64,000 nt of DNA from Lama glama (Eukaryota): assembly GCA_028534125.1 (NCBI GenBank), contig CM052816.1, forward strand, positions 27,840,001 to 27,904,000, written 5' to 3'. Position 1 is the stretch's first letter. Every line of letters begins with the position of its first letter. This document shows, piece by piece, positions 26,260 to 38,530 of the stretch. The translations under genes and the position numbers were made by a program. The notes under the pieces are model-generated. The model saw nothing but the letters and a program-made list of their open reading frames with translations, ran no database searches and was not told the origin of the DNA.

Positions 26260-27900
26260 CATTCATTCAGTCATTTGTCCAACAGACAATTTTCAGCATC
26301 TGCGATGGGTTAGAAATGTTGGTAGAAATTAATAAATCCTGAGGTTTTCTCAAAGCTCGTCTAATAAAGTGATGGAATCAAATAAATACACCAGTATTTT
26401 AATTTCTAATAAAGATATATTTAGAAGATATTATAATATGGTATAAGGGATGGAGAGTCCATTTTTTTTCTGCAAGAGACAGCAAAGACCTTATAAGGAG
26501 GAGATAAGAATACATGTATTCTTTAATTCAACAATGATTTATAGATTGTCTAATATTTTCTAGACTGGAGATACGACAAGAAGCAAGACACAATCTCTTA
26601 TCTTCCAGAAGCTTACAGCCTTTTGAATAATGAATAGTTATCACCAGCAGACAAAGGGGATAAAATTGTATTCCAGGTGAAGACAGAGACTTCGAGTATG
26701 TTTGGATGTGTTAGTCAATGTGCCCTCCACGCTCATCTGTCACTTCTAGCTTACACTGCTAGAGCTCCCCTCACCCTGCCCCCAGGGAAATCACGCTCAG
26801 TGTGTTTTATTTCTTGTGTGTTTTGTTCTTGTTTTGTTTTTCCCTATGGAGGAAGACACTGGCTAGTGAGTGGAAGACAAAAAGACTTAAAGAAACCAAT
26901 ACATGCTCTGACCATCCGTCTAGATTTGTAAATCAGTGACACAGAGCAGAATAATCAGTTGGTGATGGACTCTGGAGCAAAGGAGACTTTGTATAGAGCT
27001 GTGGATTGTGGGCAGGCTTTTCCATGCACAAGATGAGTTGAGGAGAGAAAGCATGTCAAGAATTAAAAAAGAATAGAGCCCATTTTGTGAGGAAGAAATT
27101 AGAGACCATGTATCAAATGACAACTTAATTATTTCTAATTCAGAGTTTCACTCCCTATGGTCTGAGTTGTGCTTCTAACACACATCAGAATTCGTGAGCT
27201 CTTTTTCCCTTTATCACTAGCATCTCCTTCCATTTTTGGCTCTAGATGTTTTGGGTGGGTTTCTGTTGCTTTTATCCAATAGTAGTATGGAATGTTGGAG
27301 GATCCCTAGCTATATTGGCAAGGCTGGAAAGTAGAAAACATTAAGAGTCCTGAAAGAAAGGCACGGCCATAACATGAACAGTTTTGTGTGCTGTGATTAG
27401 GAGTTTGGGCTTTATATTATAAAAACTGAAAATCACTGCAGGCTTCCAAGCAAAGAAATGGCATGATCATGTTATTATAGTCACATGGGTGCTTTTGAGG
27501 GATCATAAATTGGGGTGGAGGATGGCATTGGTAAGGGATATTTAGAGTCTGTGGTAAAGCAGTAGCTGTGAGAATATAAGGGAGATATTTCATTTAAGAT
27601 ATATCTGTTGTGGAATTTACATGACTTGGACACTACTTTTGTGAAAGGAAAGAGTGAAAGATTATTCTAATGACAAACAAATGCTAGTACTTCATCAATG
27701 AAGGAAATCCTGGACGTAGTGTTCTATTTGAGGGGAAAAAAAATGCCTGCAGTTGTAGAGATGTTAAAATCGGGGATGTTCCTTCATTTAAGATTCAGTC
27801 AGGGAAATAGAAAGTGCAGTAAAAGTAATTGGTGTTTGAAAATGTCTTGGAATTTCAGTGAAGAGAAGAATTCATTTCAGGGAGTTGAGCAAGAAAAGTG
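26260..27900 (-). mobile_element. Fragmented L2 copies, antisense, with a probable MaLR-like LTR relic inserted at ~26700-27280
   Basis: L2 3' ends CATTCATTCAGTCATT (26260) and TTAATTCAACAATGATTT (26523); L2 body GGAGTTTGGGCTTTAT..AAGCAAAGAAATGGCATGATCA; the insert ends TTGGGTGGGTTTCTGTTGCTT like MLT1. Confidence 0.55.
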
Positions 27901-27977
27901 CAACTGCATGATAAGCAATTCCTAAGATTATTATTAAATTACAGCTGTACTTATTAATTTTGTCCTTTTAAAATTGT

Positions 27978-28115
27978 AATAGCTATCATTTGGAGACTTT
28001 ATGCTACGGTAACAAATTCACGTGCATAGTATTTGATTTCTCCTAATGACCATCCTCTAAGGCAACTATTAATATCATCATTTTACAGATGGGGTAACTT
28101 GGATGCACAGTCTAT
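27978..28115 (-). mobile_element. MIR SINE
   Basis: AATAGCTATCATTTGGAGAC..CATTTTACAGATGGGGTAACT. Confidence 0.7.
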
Positions 28116-29064
28116 GTAAAAGTAAATATAGTAAATATCCAAGCCACCTGAGACCACCTCTTGCTGACTGCACAGATTACGCAGTGAATGATTGTGCTGT
28201 ACCAAATGTCTTCCAGTACCAAATACCAGGTGAGCTGAAGAGGCACAACCATCCGTAACGTTCACTGTGCCCACTTGTCACTTGAACACTGCCGTTTTCT
28301 TATACCCTAGACAAATTTTCTTTTAACTCTGTAGGCTAGGAGAGTGAGGAGGTTCAGAAGTAAGAAGATTCCATAGCTGAGAAGCAGATTCCAGGGCAGA
28401 GAATGAAGTAGTGCTATTTCTTTCCCCTTTAGCCTCTATGGTTGCAACAACGGAATTCTTAGTGTTAGCCCAGGGGGCATGTGAGCAGAGGAGCTAAGGG
28501 GCTGATCCACCCAACAGCGTCACCTTGGACAGGTTGGAAGAGAGACTTTGTATGAGATGCTATTTAATTCTGTATGAGAATTACTTATTTTTGACAGATG
28601 GGATCATAGGACACAAACTTGAGACCTGCTTTTTGTTTGTGCTTTTAAAGCGTAAGACCAATCTTTCTGTGCTGCGGAGAGGAGAGAAGTCACTTTTTAT
28701 TAAACACTATGCAGAGTACACCTTAAATAGTTAATGTTAATAACATCCTGGGAGATCTTTGCAAATGTCATCCCTTAGCTTGTTCTCTAAATGTAAAGGT
28801 TAGAAACCATTTCAGGAAGCATGGTCACATGTTTTAAATAACTCCTTTCATTTAAGCAGCTGTGAATTTATATACATAATTCATTGTTTTGAATTAAGGA
28901 ATAATGCCAAAAGTAGAAAGTAACAGAAGAAAAAAATCTAACTTTGGAGAGGAAGCAAGAAGTCAGACCTGGACATATTTCTACACATAGTGTCGTGTCT
29001 TTCTAGACAGAATATTGCTCGATGCTTAGATGGTTTTATGGGGACAGAACAGAGATATCTGGCC

Positions 29065-29162
29065 TTGCACTGTCAAATACTGTAACTATTTAAATAGCTG
29101 TATGTGGCCATTTGGATTTAAGTTAATTAAAATTAAATACAATAAGAAATTAATTTTCTTAC
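29065..29162. mobile_element. hAT-Charlie fragment (MER33/MER3-like)
   Basis: GCACTGTCAAATA..ATGTGGCCATT..TTAATTAAAATTAAATACAAT. Confidence 0.55.
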
Positions 29163-30271
29163 AGTAGGAATTAAACAGAAAACAGATTAAAAAAACAGTA
29201 TCATGAAGGAGTGAGTAGATGCTGTGTCAAAATACATTGCTTAATTAGCCCTATTTTATGTGGGGGGGGATTATGTACATTGTCTAGTTTTAGATAAACT
29301 TCTACATTCATTTATTTTTGGATTCGTAAATTCCTCTTACATTTAATTTATTCCACTCATGAGTTCAAGCTGATGAAGGTTTGATTTTGCTAACATAAAT
29401 AGATAACATGAAATGCAATAGGTACTTAAATAACAAATTTATTAACCTGAAAGTTAAAAATTTAGGATGAATTTACCTAATAGTTTTGGCCAACTAACTG
29501 TTAACTATTAAATTATTGGAATTGATAACTACCTTAAATGCTTTATTATTATTTCTTTTGCAATTGTAATTTGTTTGAATTCTGGCTTCTGGTCCTCTTT
29601 TTTTCTCTCTCTTCTCACTGTCTTTGAAAGAACACAAGGATTTTAGTGAAGTTTTATATAATTAGATAAATACTTTACAAAAATAAGTGAAACTGAACTA
29701 TTGAGTTATTTAAATTCCCAAATATTGCAGGAATTGTGTGTCAAAGTTTCTGGAAAAAAACCCCCACCATTTCTTTGAATTAAGTTGGATATAATAACAG
29801 TAAGGTAAAACAGATTTTAAAATATAGGCTTCCTATTATAATTGTTGCTTAATTCTTTTTTAGGACAATGAAAAATCTATTGTTTGAGATTGGGAATCTT
29901 GCTGAATTAGTTCCAACCTAAAGATCACCTGTAAATGATAGAAGACAAAGAACATACCATTTTCGGGGCAAATAAATATAGAGTCCTAAATAGTTAATGA
30001 TTCTTTAATATGATTAATCGTTGCTGAATGTCAACACTAATGTTGCTAAGCACGTAGAGTTTTCTTTTTTTGGAAAAGGCTTTTGTCCTTTGCTGAATAG
30101 AATAGGCATTTACAAGCATTTTTGTTTAGACTTCTCATTTTGTCTTTTAGGTAACTCGACACTTTGTTAACTTAAGTGGAGGGGGTCCACAAAAGCTGGT
30201 TTTACTAAATCATACTAGTCATCTCTTTAAAGATGCTTGGTGCAAATTGTATATGTGACCCAAGCAAGGAA

Positions 30272-30386
30272 AGTGTGTACATGTGTGTGTATTCATATAT
30301 ATATTGAATGTGTGTGTATATATGTGTATAAATACACACACATGAACATATGTATGTATACACACATCCCCAAACATATATATATT
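30272..30386. repeat. Degenerate (TG/TA/CA)n low-complexity tract
   Basis: Directly visible dinucleotide repeats. Confidence 0.85.
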
Positions 30387-30499
30387 TTGAGTTGGAATAA
30401 GTCCCCTGTATACCATAAGAGATATATCTCGATAAGCATTATAGATACAGATATCAAATTAATTATTAAGTTAAATGTATATTAAAAAGTAGCTCTTTA

Positions 30500-31010
30500 T
30501 TCCATTCCACTCTAATTATTTTCAACACAGCACAGCATTTCTTTCATGATATTTACAGTTTGTAAGTATGCATGTGTGTGTGTGTGTTTTGTGACTTCAG
30601 GAACAACGTCTGTTTCTTTTAGTACTGCTTCATTTGCATATCATAGGACAACAAATATGTATAGGTATTGAAATAATATTTGATAATGAATGTATCTGTG
30701 TATCAGTAGTGGTTGAATTTCTGGGTATAGGCAAAATGGGCTGTGTGGCATGCGTAGAGATAAACCAAAAGTAGGACTTCAAAAAATAGGCAGTCAGGCA
30801 TGAGAATGTGGCATGGAGGACTGAGAAGGAATGACATGAGGGACAACAGTAAATTAGGACAGTGTTGTGCCATGCATACTAAAGGAGAAGAAATGTCACA
30901 AGGTGACAATCAATAACCAACTGTCAAGTTGTAGAGAGGTCAAGAATAATAAGAACTGAAGTATGCCTGTTTGACTTAGGAGTGAGGATACTGGTAACAA
31001 GGGTAAAAAG
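30500..31010. mobile_element. Two L2 fragments (a + strand 3' end to ~30692, then an antisense body)
   Basis: AATATTTGATAATGAATG terminus; GTAGAGAGGTCAAGAATAATAAGAACTGAA is an L2 body motif. Confidence 0.5.
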
Positions 31011-31679
31011 TTAATTTGGTAAAACATGTTATACATGAGCAGATTTAAAATGTTTTTAGTGTAGTTTTTCAGATACTTCCTAAAATATGTATGTGTTATC
31101 TGTAGCAGAATCCTCTCTTTTCACTCTATACACTGTATGTAGGTATCAATTAAATTTCATGATTAGGAAAAAACTTTGTTTAATTTTACTTTTTAATAGA
31201 GGTAAGAACTGAAGCCTGAAATTGTGGAGTCAAAACAGAATCCACAAGCCTTATTCTCATTCCATTGTTTTTTCTCTTACACCTCCTGTTATGTGTAAGT
31301 TGCTTCCTCTCAAAGGGAAGCACAATATCAGACGAGCAGCTAAGGTCAAGGTTAGCCTCTCAGAACGCAGCAGTTTGCTGTAGGGTAGCACTTGCCTGGT
31401 TGGCTAGTGTGGTAACTGAATATTTTTGCATCGTTGCTTCTCTTTAAGGTCTCTCTTTAATGCCATATGAATTTGGAGGGGATGAATATTGCAGAGTTCA
31501 TAACATACTAATTGTTGACAAGATAAGGTGGACAATTCAAAAATAACACGCAAACTGAATGAGGAGGTAAAAAATAGAAGGTTGTGATCTAGTTCCAGGT
31601 GAAAAAGCAAGATAACCAGGTTCCAATAGAGTGGTTCTGAGTTCCTGGGTGTGAGGTAGAAGGGAATGAAGAGAAGGGA

Positions 31680-32030
31680 AATCGCCTTTTGAGCATCTGT
31701 CCTTGAAGGCACTTTAAAACGATTAAGCAATTTAATCCTTACCATAAATCTGAGGGTAAATATTGTTGTTAGTATCTTTTTTCTTCACAAGGAAACTCCA
31801 AGATACAAAGATCTTGTAGTAACTTGCCTAAGAACTCAAGTGAACAAATGTCAGACCTAGGATCTAAGCATTAATGTATCTGTCTCTAGAGACTCTTATC
31901 CACTGCATCGTATGGCAGATGGGGAAACTAAGGCTCAAAAAGATTTTCACTACCTAAACGTGTACAGCAAGGATAAAATAAATCTGGATCTGTGACCAGC
32001 TGTCTCACTCTGTAGACCGTGCACCTCCTG
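31680..32030 (-). mobile_element. Two adjacent MIR fragments
   Basis: TTTAATCCTTACCATAA..AAGGAAACT..GTAACTTGCCTAAG, then CAGATGGGGAAACTAAGGCTCA. Confidence 0.7.
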
Positions 32031-32104
32031 CTCCACCTGCTTTGAGAAACTGTGCATGTACCCTCTCGGTCTTGGGGGTTCATAATTCAAAGTAATATAC
32101 TGAA

Positions 32105-32262
32105 AACTTTGAGAAATCTTGTAAGAAAACCTGTTTACTTTTACTTATTCAGCTTTCCAGATGTGTCCAAATTTATTTGACCATGTCGTGCCTCTTTTAC
32201 TTGTAGAATATATTAACTTATTACTGATTTTATATTTTACGGAATACCTTGAAAAATAGTGC
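32105..32262. mobile_element. hAT-Charlie family MITE fragment
   Basis: GAAAACCTGTTTACTTT..CCAAATTTATTTGACCA..CGGAATACCTTGAAAAATAGTG. Confidence 0.5.
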
Positions 32263-34609
32263 CTTTTGCCAGATGGTGTCACAGTTGACCAAAGGGTGTT
32301 TAGTGAAGTGACAAAGACATTTATTCCCCTTGCCTTTCTATAAGGGCTTTGCTGTTGATTTAATATGCACCCCTTATACTGTTGGGGTAGGAGGAGTAAG
32401 AATATTCAGGAAAGATGTTTTCCTTTTTGCTTTGTTGAGGTCATATAATCCTGAAGGTGAAAATGTAATAAATAATTATGGTTTCTTACATTTTAAAGAA
32501 TATTTTTAAAAGACCAGAGGAGGGAGGCTATGAAACCGTTTTTAGTATCTGAAATTCACTTGGGTACAGAGCTATTGGAGATGGAGTTGAGGTTTGCATT
32601 CAAGTCTTGTTCCTGGCTTGGGAGTAAGGTAGAATTATGTAGCTCTGTGCACAATCTTTAACGGCAAATCAGACTTTGTTAAGAATTTCATACTGAGGAT
32701 GAAAGGGATTTAACTTTAAAAACAGATGAAGAGGGAACTGGGTTGTTGCTGTGAGAAAATGTTTTGTTATTTCCAGAGTTCCTGCAAATAATCTCTTCCT
32801 TAAATTACCTACAAACAATTCAAATGCAATCAGATAATGTGATGAAGTGTTTAGTGAGCTGTGGCTAACTCCTAATTACATCTAATTAAGTTTTGAATGT
32901 AAGCTGTGTAAAGGATTGAGTAGCTTGGTAAAATGGGAGAGGCAACATATTCTTATGTAATTTTGCACCTAAAATTATTCAGTTATTATCTTTCTTGGGA
33001 CTTTTTCCCCCTTGTTGTGTATTTCCAATACCCTATTTTTCACCCCCTCAAAATATCATAATTGGAATAATGTGGTTAATCTGAAGAAAGAAAGGCAGGA
33101 GAGGGACAGAGAAAGTCAGAGACAGGGACAGAGAGGTGTGTGTGGCTTTAGGATCAAAACTATGTTTAAGAAAGGGCAAATATTAAGAGTATACTATGTA
33201 GGTTAGCCGAAACAATAAACATTTAATGTCTGTAGTAACGGGTCTAAGCAGTATAGTAGTTAAAGTTATATGTGTGATTATTGAATCCCAATGAGTACTT
33301 AGAATATGGACTTTTATCCAGCCATGATAGGATTTGCCTAAAAATATTTAGCCTGAATATCATTAAGTATATTTTACTTTTCATATTTTTTCTTCTTAGG
33401 TATATGCTTGCATCCTCACTATATGTGTTAAAATTCATTACACAGGTCATTTTTGAGGGAGTCAAATTATCAATTACATTTTATAAGGGAAGAGAATAAC
33501 TTTATAGACTTCTACAAAAAATATTCTTAAATGTACTGCAGCAGACCAAGGACAAAGAAATGAAGTTTCATTTCCATTTATGGTTAATAGGTTTTCTATG
33601 GTGATCAAAATAAAGATTTGTTTTCCAAGGAGAAACATTTATACAGAAGCAAACAAATAAACAAAAAGGTCAGAATGTTCAAAATTATTTTTTCTTGAGA
33701 GTATTATTGGAGGGGGGTATTGTGAAAAGTGAGGTGGTGAGAACATACTGTTAGAATGATTGATAAAGGACTTGGCAAATGAAGAAGATCTGGCATAGTC
33801 TGAGTTTTAGATTTGGAGCTGAGGGTTCCGTAGTTCACCTGAGAGTGGATGAAGAAGGGGAAGTATTTGTCTTGTTTTTCCATTGCCCCTAACTCATTTG
33901 ATAAACACCTGTGTGGCCCATGAATGATGTATGCGGTCGAGTGTGAGTGGGAAAATGAATATAATATTTAAACTCTCATACTTCCTTTTGCTTAGGTATT
34001 ATGGATGTTATTCCTTCTAATAATTTTATGCCATTTTAAAAGGAATAATCAGAAATGGCAAGAGGTAAATCATTGCTGCTTGATTCCAAAGATAGAACAA
34101 ACATTTAAACAAGCCAAATAGGTGAGGCCACCTTTCATGTGGCTCTTCAATGTGAAATAACATTTTTTTGCTATTCAAGTCTGATCTTTGAAAATCAACT
34201 TTCCAGGGCATTGTAATCCTTGTTTATGAATAGATGAGTGATTGTATTAATCTTGGATAGTAAAGTAACTTGCCAATAGATTTGAGCATGGCTTAGCATC
34301 TAGATGACTCATTAGACGATAAAAATAAAAGCAAAACATGGTTTCACGAATATTGTAGTGTAAATATGTAATAATTTAATAGAATATAAATTTGGGCAAA
34401 TTATTGATAGACTCACTGGCCTTTCAGATATATGTGGGAAATACTTGTTTCAAGAAATTGATCGATAGATTCTTTTTTGAAAGTTAGTCAGTCATAACAT
34501 TCGAACTCTCCATCTTGTTCTCTTGGCTTTTCCATATATCTTATCCAGCCTCTTAGCTCAAATTTCATGTCTGTACAGATGACTCTTTAGTCAATACATC
34601 CACTGAATT

Positions 34610-35294
34610 AAAAAATATATAAAAAAAGATCATACATCATGATCAAGTAACATTTATTCCAGGGATGCAAAGGTGGTTCAATATCCAGAAAGTAATCATT
34701 GTGATGTACCACATTAACAAAAGGAAGGCTTAAAAAAAAAAGGCTAAAAATCACATGACCATCTCAATAGATGCAAAGAATTTGACAAAATTCAACATCC
34801 ATTCATGATAAAAATTCTCATCAAAGTGGGTATTAGAGGGAAAAGCTGCAAACTTTTCCTCTAAAATCGGGACAAGACAAGCATCCCCCCTCTCACCACT
34901 TGTATTTTACATAGTATTGGCAGTCTTAGCTGTAGTAGTCAGGCCAGAAAAAGAAACAAAAGGCATCCAAATCAGAAGGGAACAGGTAAAACTGTCACTC
35001 TATGCAGATTACATGATAGTATTTATAGAAAACTCTAAAAGTCTCCACCAAAAACCTATTAAAACGAATCAATGAATTCAGTAAGATTGCAGGATACAAG
35101 ATTAATAAATAGAAATCTGTGGCTTATCTATAGACTAATAATGAAGTAGCATAAAGAGAATTCAAGAAAACAGCCTCACTTACAATTGCATCAAAAAGAA
35201 CAAAATACCTAGGAATGAACTTAACTAAGGAGGTGAAAGACCTGTACTATGAAACCTGTAAGACACTGATGAAGGAAAGTGAAGATGACAGATA
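34610..35294 (+). mobile_element. L1 ORF2 (RT region) fragment, left part
   Basis: CATGATCAAGT..TTTATTCCAGGGATGCAA..TGGTTCAATAT, CTCTATGCAGATTACATGATA (degenerate FADD region), AAAATACCTAGGAAT. Confidence 0.92.
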
Positions 35295-37057
35295 CTTTAG
35301 TTATTTCATTCTTCATCTCTGTTCTTTATATTTTCTCACTTTTTGTTGAAAACTTTTAACTTCTCTGTGTATCTGTTTTTCTTCTGAGTTCTTTGATCAT
35401 CTTTTTGATGATACCCTGAACTCTTCTTGGGGTGAGTTCCATATCTCCACTTAACTTCTTCTTCTGGATTTTATCTTATTCCTTTGTTTGGAATATGTTC
35501 CTCTGTCACCTCATTTTGCCTAAGTTGCTGTGGTTATTTTTAAGTATCTGGTAGTGTGTTTATATATCCCCTCCTTGGAGAAGTGGCCTTTTGTAGGAGA
35601 TGTCTATGCTTCTCAACAGTGTACTCCCCTCTTGTCACCCAAGCTGTATGCTCTAGGGGTTCCCATATGAGGGCTGCATGGTCTTTCTTTTGTGGAAGGC
35701 TGACTATGTGGTTGGTCCACTTGGTTGCCAGGCCTGCCTTGTGGGGAGGCTGCCGGCCACTGGTTGGCTGGGCCAGATCAGGTGACTGGCTGCAGAACCC
35801 TGGGGGGGCCCAGGGCTAGTTCTAGCTCACTGGTGGGCAGGGCCCATGTCCAGAAGGCTCTGGGGCTACTGCCTGTCCACTGGTGTTCACGTGAAAGCAG
35901 GACCTGGGGCTAGTGCTAGCCTACTGGCTGGCAGAGCTGGGTCCTGGGGTCTAGTTGCAGGGCCATGGGAACCACAGCTGGTGTCAGATCACCGAGAGTG
36001 GAGGAGGCAGTTCCTGACATAGTTGGCTGCAGGGCCCAGGGTATCCCTGAGCTGGTGTTGGCCTGTTAGTGGGTGGGAGCAGGGTCCGGTCAGTTCTACG
36101 GCAGGATCTGACTGCTGGTGAGCAGGTGGGACTACAGGTTCTTTTGTGGCTAGTGTCTGCCCTCTGCTGAGTAGAGATTGGTCTGGAGTCTCTGGCTCGA
36201 GAGTGCTGGGGGTCTTGTGTCTAGTGCCTGTCAGCGGTGTGTGGGGCTGGGTCCTCTGGTAGGTAGGGCTGTGTCCAAGAATGGTGTGGGCTCTATGGGT
36301 CTTAAATCAGCCTGTTCCCTGGTGGGTGGGGCTGTGTTCATGCCCAGTTGCTTGGCCTGCAGCATTCTAGTACTGGCACCTACTGGTTTTTGGCCCAAAA
36401 TGGGTCTGAGTCCTAGGGCTAATTAGCTAGAGGAAGGATTCCAAAAAGCTGCTTGCCAGCACCAGTGTCCTTGTGGTAGAACAAGCTCCCAAAATGGCTG
36501 CTGCCAGTACCTGTGTCCCCAGTGTGAGCTTCAGTTGTCTGCTGCCTCTTTGGGAGACTCTCCAAGATCAGCAGGTAAGTATGACCCAGTCTCCTATCAC
36601 ATTACTCTTATGGTCCTGGATCTGGGAACTTGTGAGTTTTTTGTGTCCACCCTTTAAGAGTGAAGTCTCTATTTCCTCCAACCCTCTGGGATTACTGAAA
36701 GTAAGTTCTGCTGGCTTTTAAAGCCAAACGCTCTGGGATCTCATTTTCTCAGTACAGGACCCCTGAGTTAGGAAGCCCCTGTGGGGATCAGACCTCTCTC
36801 TCCTCTAGGTGAATGTCTCCAATTCTCCTGTCTGTTGGTCGCCCACCTTGGGGTATGGGATTTGACTCTATAGTGACTCCACCCCTTCTACCCATATCAT
36901 TGTGGTTTCTTCTTTATATCTGTAGTTATAGGTCTTTTCTAGTAGGTTCTGGTCTTTTTCCTTGGTGGTCGTCTTGCAAATAGTTATGATTTTGGTGTGC
37001 CTGTGAGAGGAAGTGAGCTCAGGGTATTTCTACTCCACCATCTTGACTGATCCCATC
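35295..37057 (-). mobile_element. L1 5'UTR plus ORF1 start, antisense and 3'-truncated, nested in an ORF2 fragment
   Basis: The minus strand starts GGGATCAGTCAAGATGGTGGAGTAG (YY1-like L1 start); 5'UTR is GC-rich; 35295-35470 is homologous to the ORF1 sequence at 63820-64000. Confidence 0.85.
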
Positions 37058-37150
37058 TGAAGATGATACAAATAGATGGAAAGATATCTCATGTTCATGG
37101 ATTAGAAGAATTAATATTATTAATACATTTGTACTTCCTAAAACAATTTT
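37058..37150 (+). mobile_element. L1 ORF2 fragment, right part continuing 34610-35294
   Basis: TGAAGATGATACAAATAGATGGAAAGATATCTCATGTTCATGGATTAGAAGAATTAATATT resumes where the left part stopped. Confidence 0.88.
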
Positions 37151-38530
37151 CTGAGTAATGTGTCTTTTGTATACTAATGATATGACTCTCTTGACTGAGG
37201 GGTCTCTAAGATAGCTTCAGGTTGGGACTGGTCACCAAAGGAACCAAACATGTGACCAGAGGGTTGGAACTTTCAGCTCCCCCATCCGCCTGATTTTTTC
37301 TTTAATTGAAGTATAGTCAGTTTACAATGTTGTGTTAATTTCTAGTATATAGTGTAATGTTTCAGTCATATATATACATAAATATATTCATTTTTCATAT
37401 TCTTTTATTCTTGTAGGTTACTGCAAGATATTGAATATAGTTTCCTTTGATATACAGTAGAAACTTGTTATTTACCTATTCTATATATAGTAGATAGTAT
37501 CTACATATCTACAAATTTCAAACTCTCAGTTTATCCCTTCCCACCTTTTTTCCCCTCTGGTAACCATAAATCTGTTTTCTATGTCTGTGAGTCTATTTCT
37601 GTGTTTTCTGTTTTGTAAATAAGTTCATTTCTGTCTATTTTTTTTAAAGATTCCACATACAAGTGTTATCCTATGGTACTTTTCTTTCTCTTTCTGGCTT
37701 ACTTTACTTAGAATGATGATCTCTAGGTCCATCCATGTTGCTGCAAATGGCATTATTTTATTTTTTATAGCTGAGTAGTGTTCCATTGTATAAATAAACA
37801 CATAACTTCATTATTCTGTCATTGATCGTTTAGGTTGTTTCTATGTCTGGGCAATTGTAAATAGTGCTGCTATGCACATTGGGGTGCATGTATCTTCTTG
37901 AATTAGAGTTTCCTCTGGATATATGCCCAGGAATGGGATTGTTGGATCATAGGGTAACTAAATTTCTAGTTTTTTGAATAATCTCTGTACAATTTTCCAT
38001 AATGGTTGTACCAAACTACATTCCCACCAACAGTGTAGGAGGATTCTGCCTGACATCTGAGTGGAGAGATATGGAAATTGGGTTATAAAGACTGTTAAAT
38101 AATAAGATTCAGAGAGCTTCTAGGCTAGTGACCAAATCAACACACTGGCCATGTGACATACATGAGCAGGGCATGGAGGATCTGTACTATCCCTCCCTCA
38201 TACCTTGTACTGTGCATCTCTTCCATTTGGCTGTTTCTGAGATTTATTCTTTACAATAAATCTGTAATAGTAAATATAGTGCTTTCCTAAGTTCCGTGAA
38301 TTGTTCTAGCAAATTACTGAGCCTTAATGGAGGAAGGTCATGGGAACTTCCAAATTTATAGTCAGCCAGGCAGAAGTGCAGGTAGCCTGGGGACCCCATT
38401 TGCAGCTGATGTCTCAGAGAAATCATGTGGGACTGTGCCCTTAACCTCTGGGCTAACTCTGGATAGTTAGTGTTGGAATTGAATTGAATTATTGGGCACT
38501 CAGTTGGTGTTGGTGAATCAGAGACCTTGG
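37151..38530 (+). mobile_element. MER21-like LTR split by an L1 insertion
   Basis: GATAGCTTCAGG..GGGTTGGAACTTTCAGC on the left; CATCTCTTCCATTTGGCTGTT..GTTCTAGCAAATTA..GATAGTTAGTGTTGGAATTGAATTG on the right. Confidence 0.85.
37294..38044 (-). mobile_element. 5'-truncated L1 (artiodactyl/camelid-type 3' end)
   Basis: TTTAATTGAAGTATAGTCAGTTTACAATGTTGTG..CCCACCAACAGTGTAGGAGG; TSD TC(C/T)GCCTGA at 37285-37293 and 38045-38053. Confidence 0.92.

Noticed and set aside
35556..36721. GC-rich region with several ORFs, resembling a CpG island or gene
   Set aside because: It is the antisense strand of an L1 5'UTR and is CpG-depleted.
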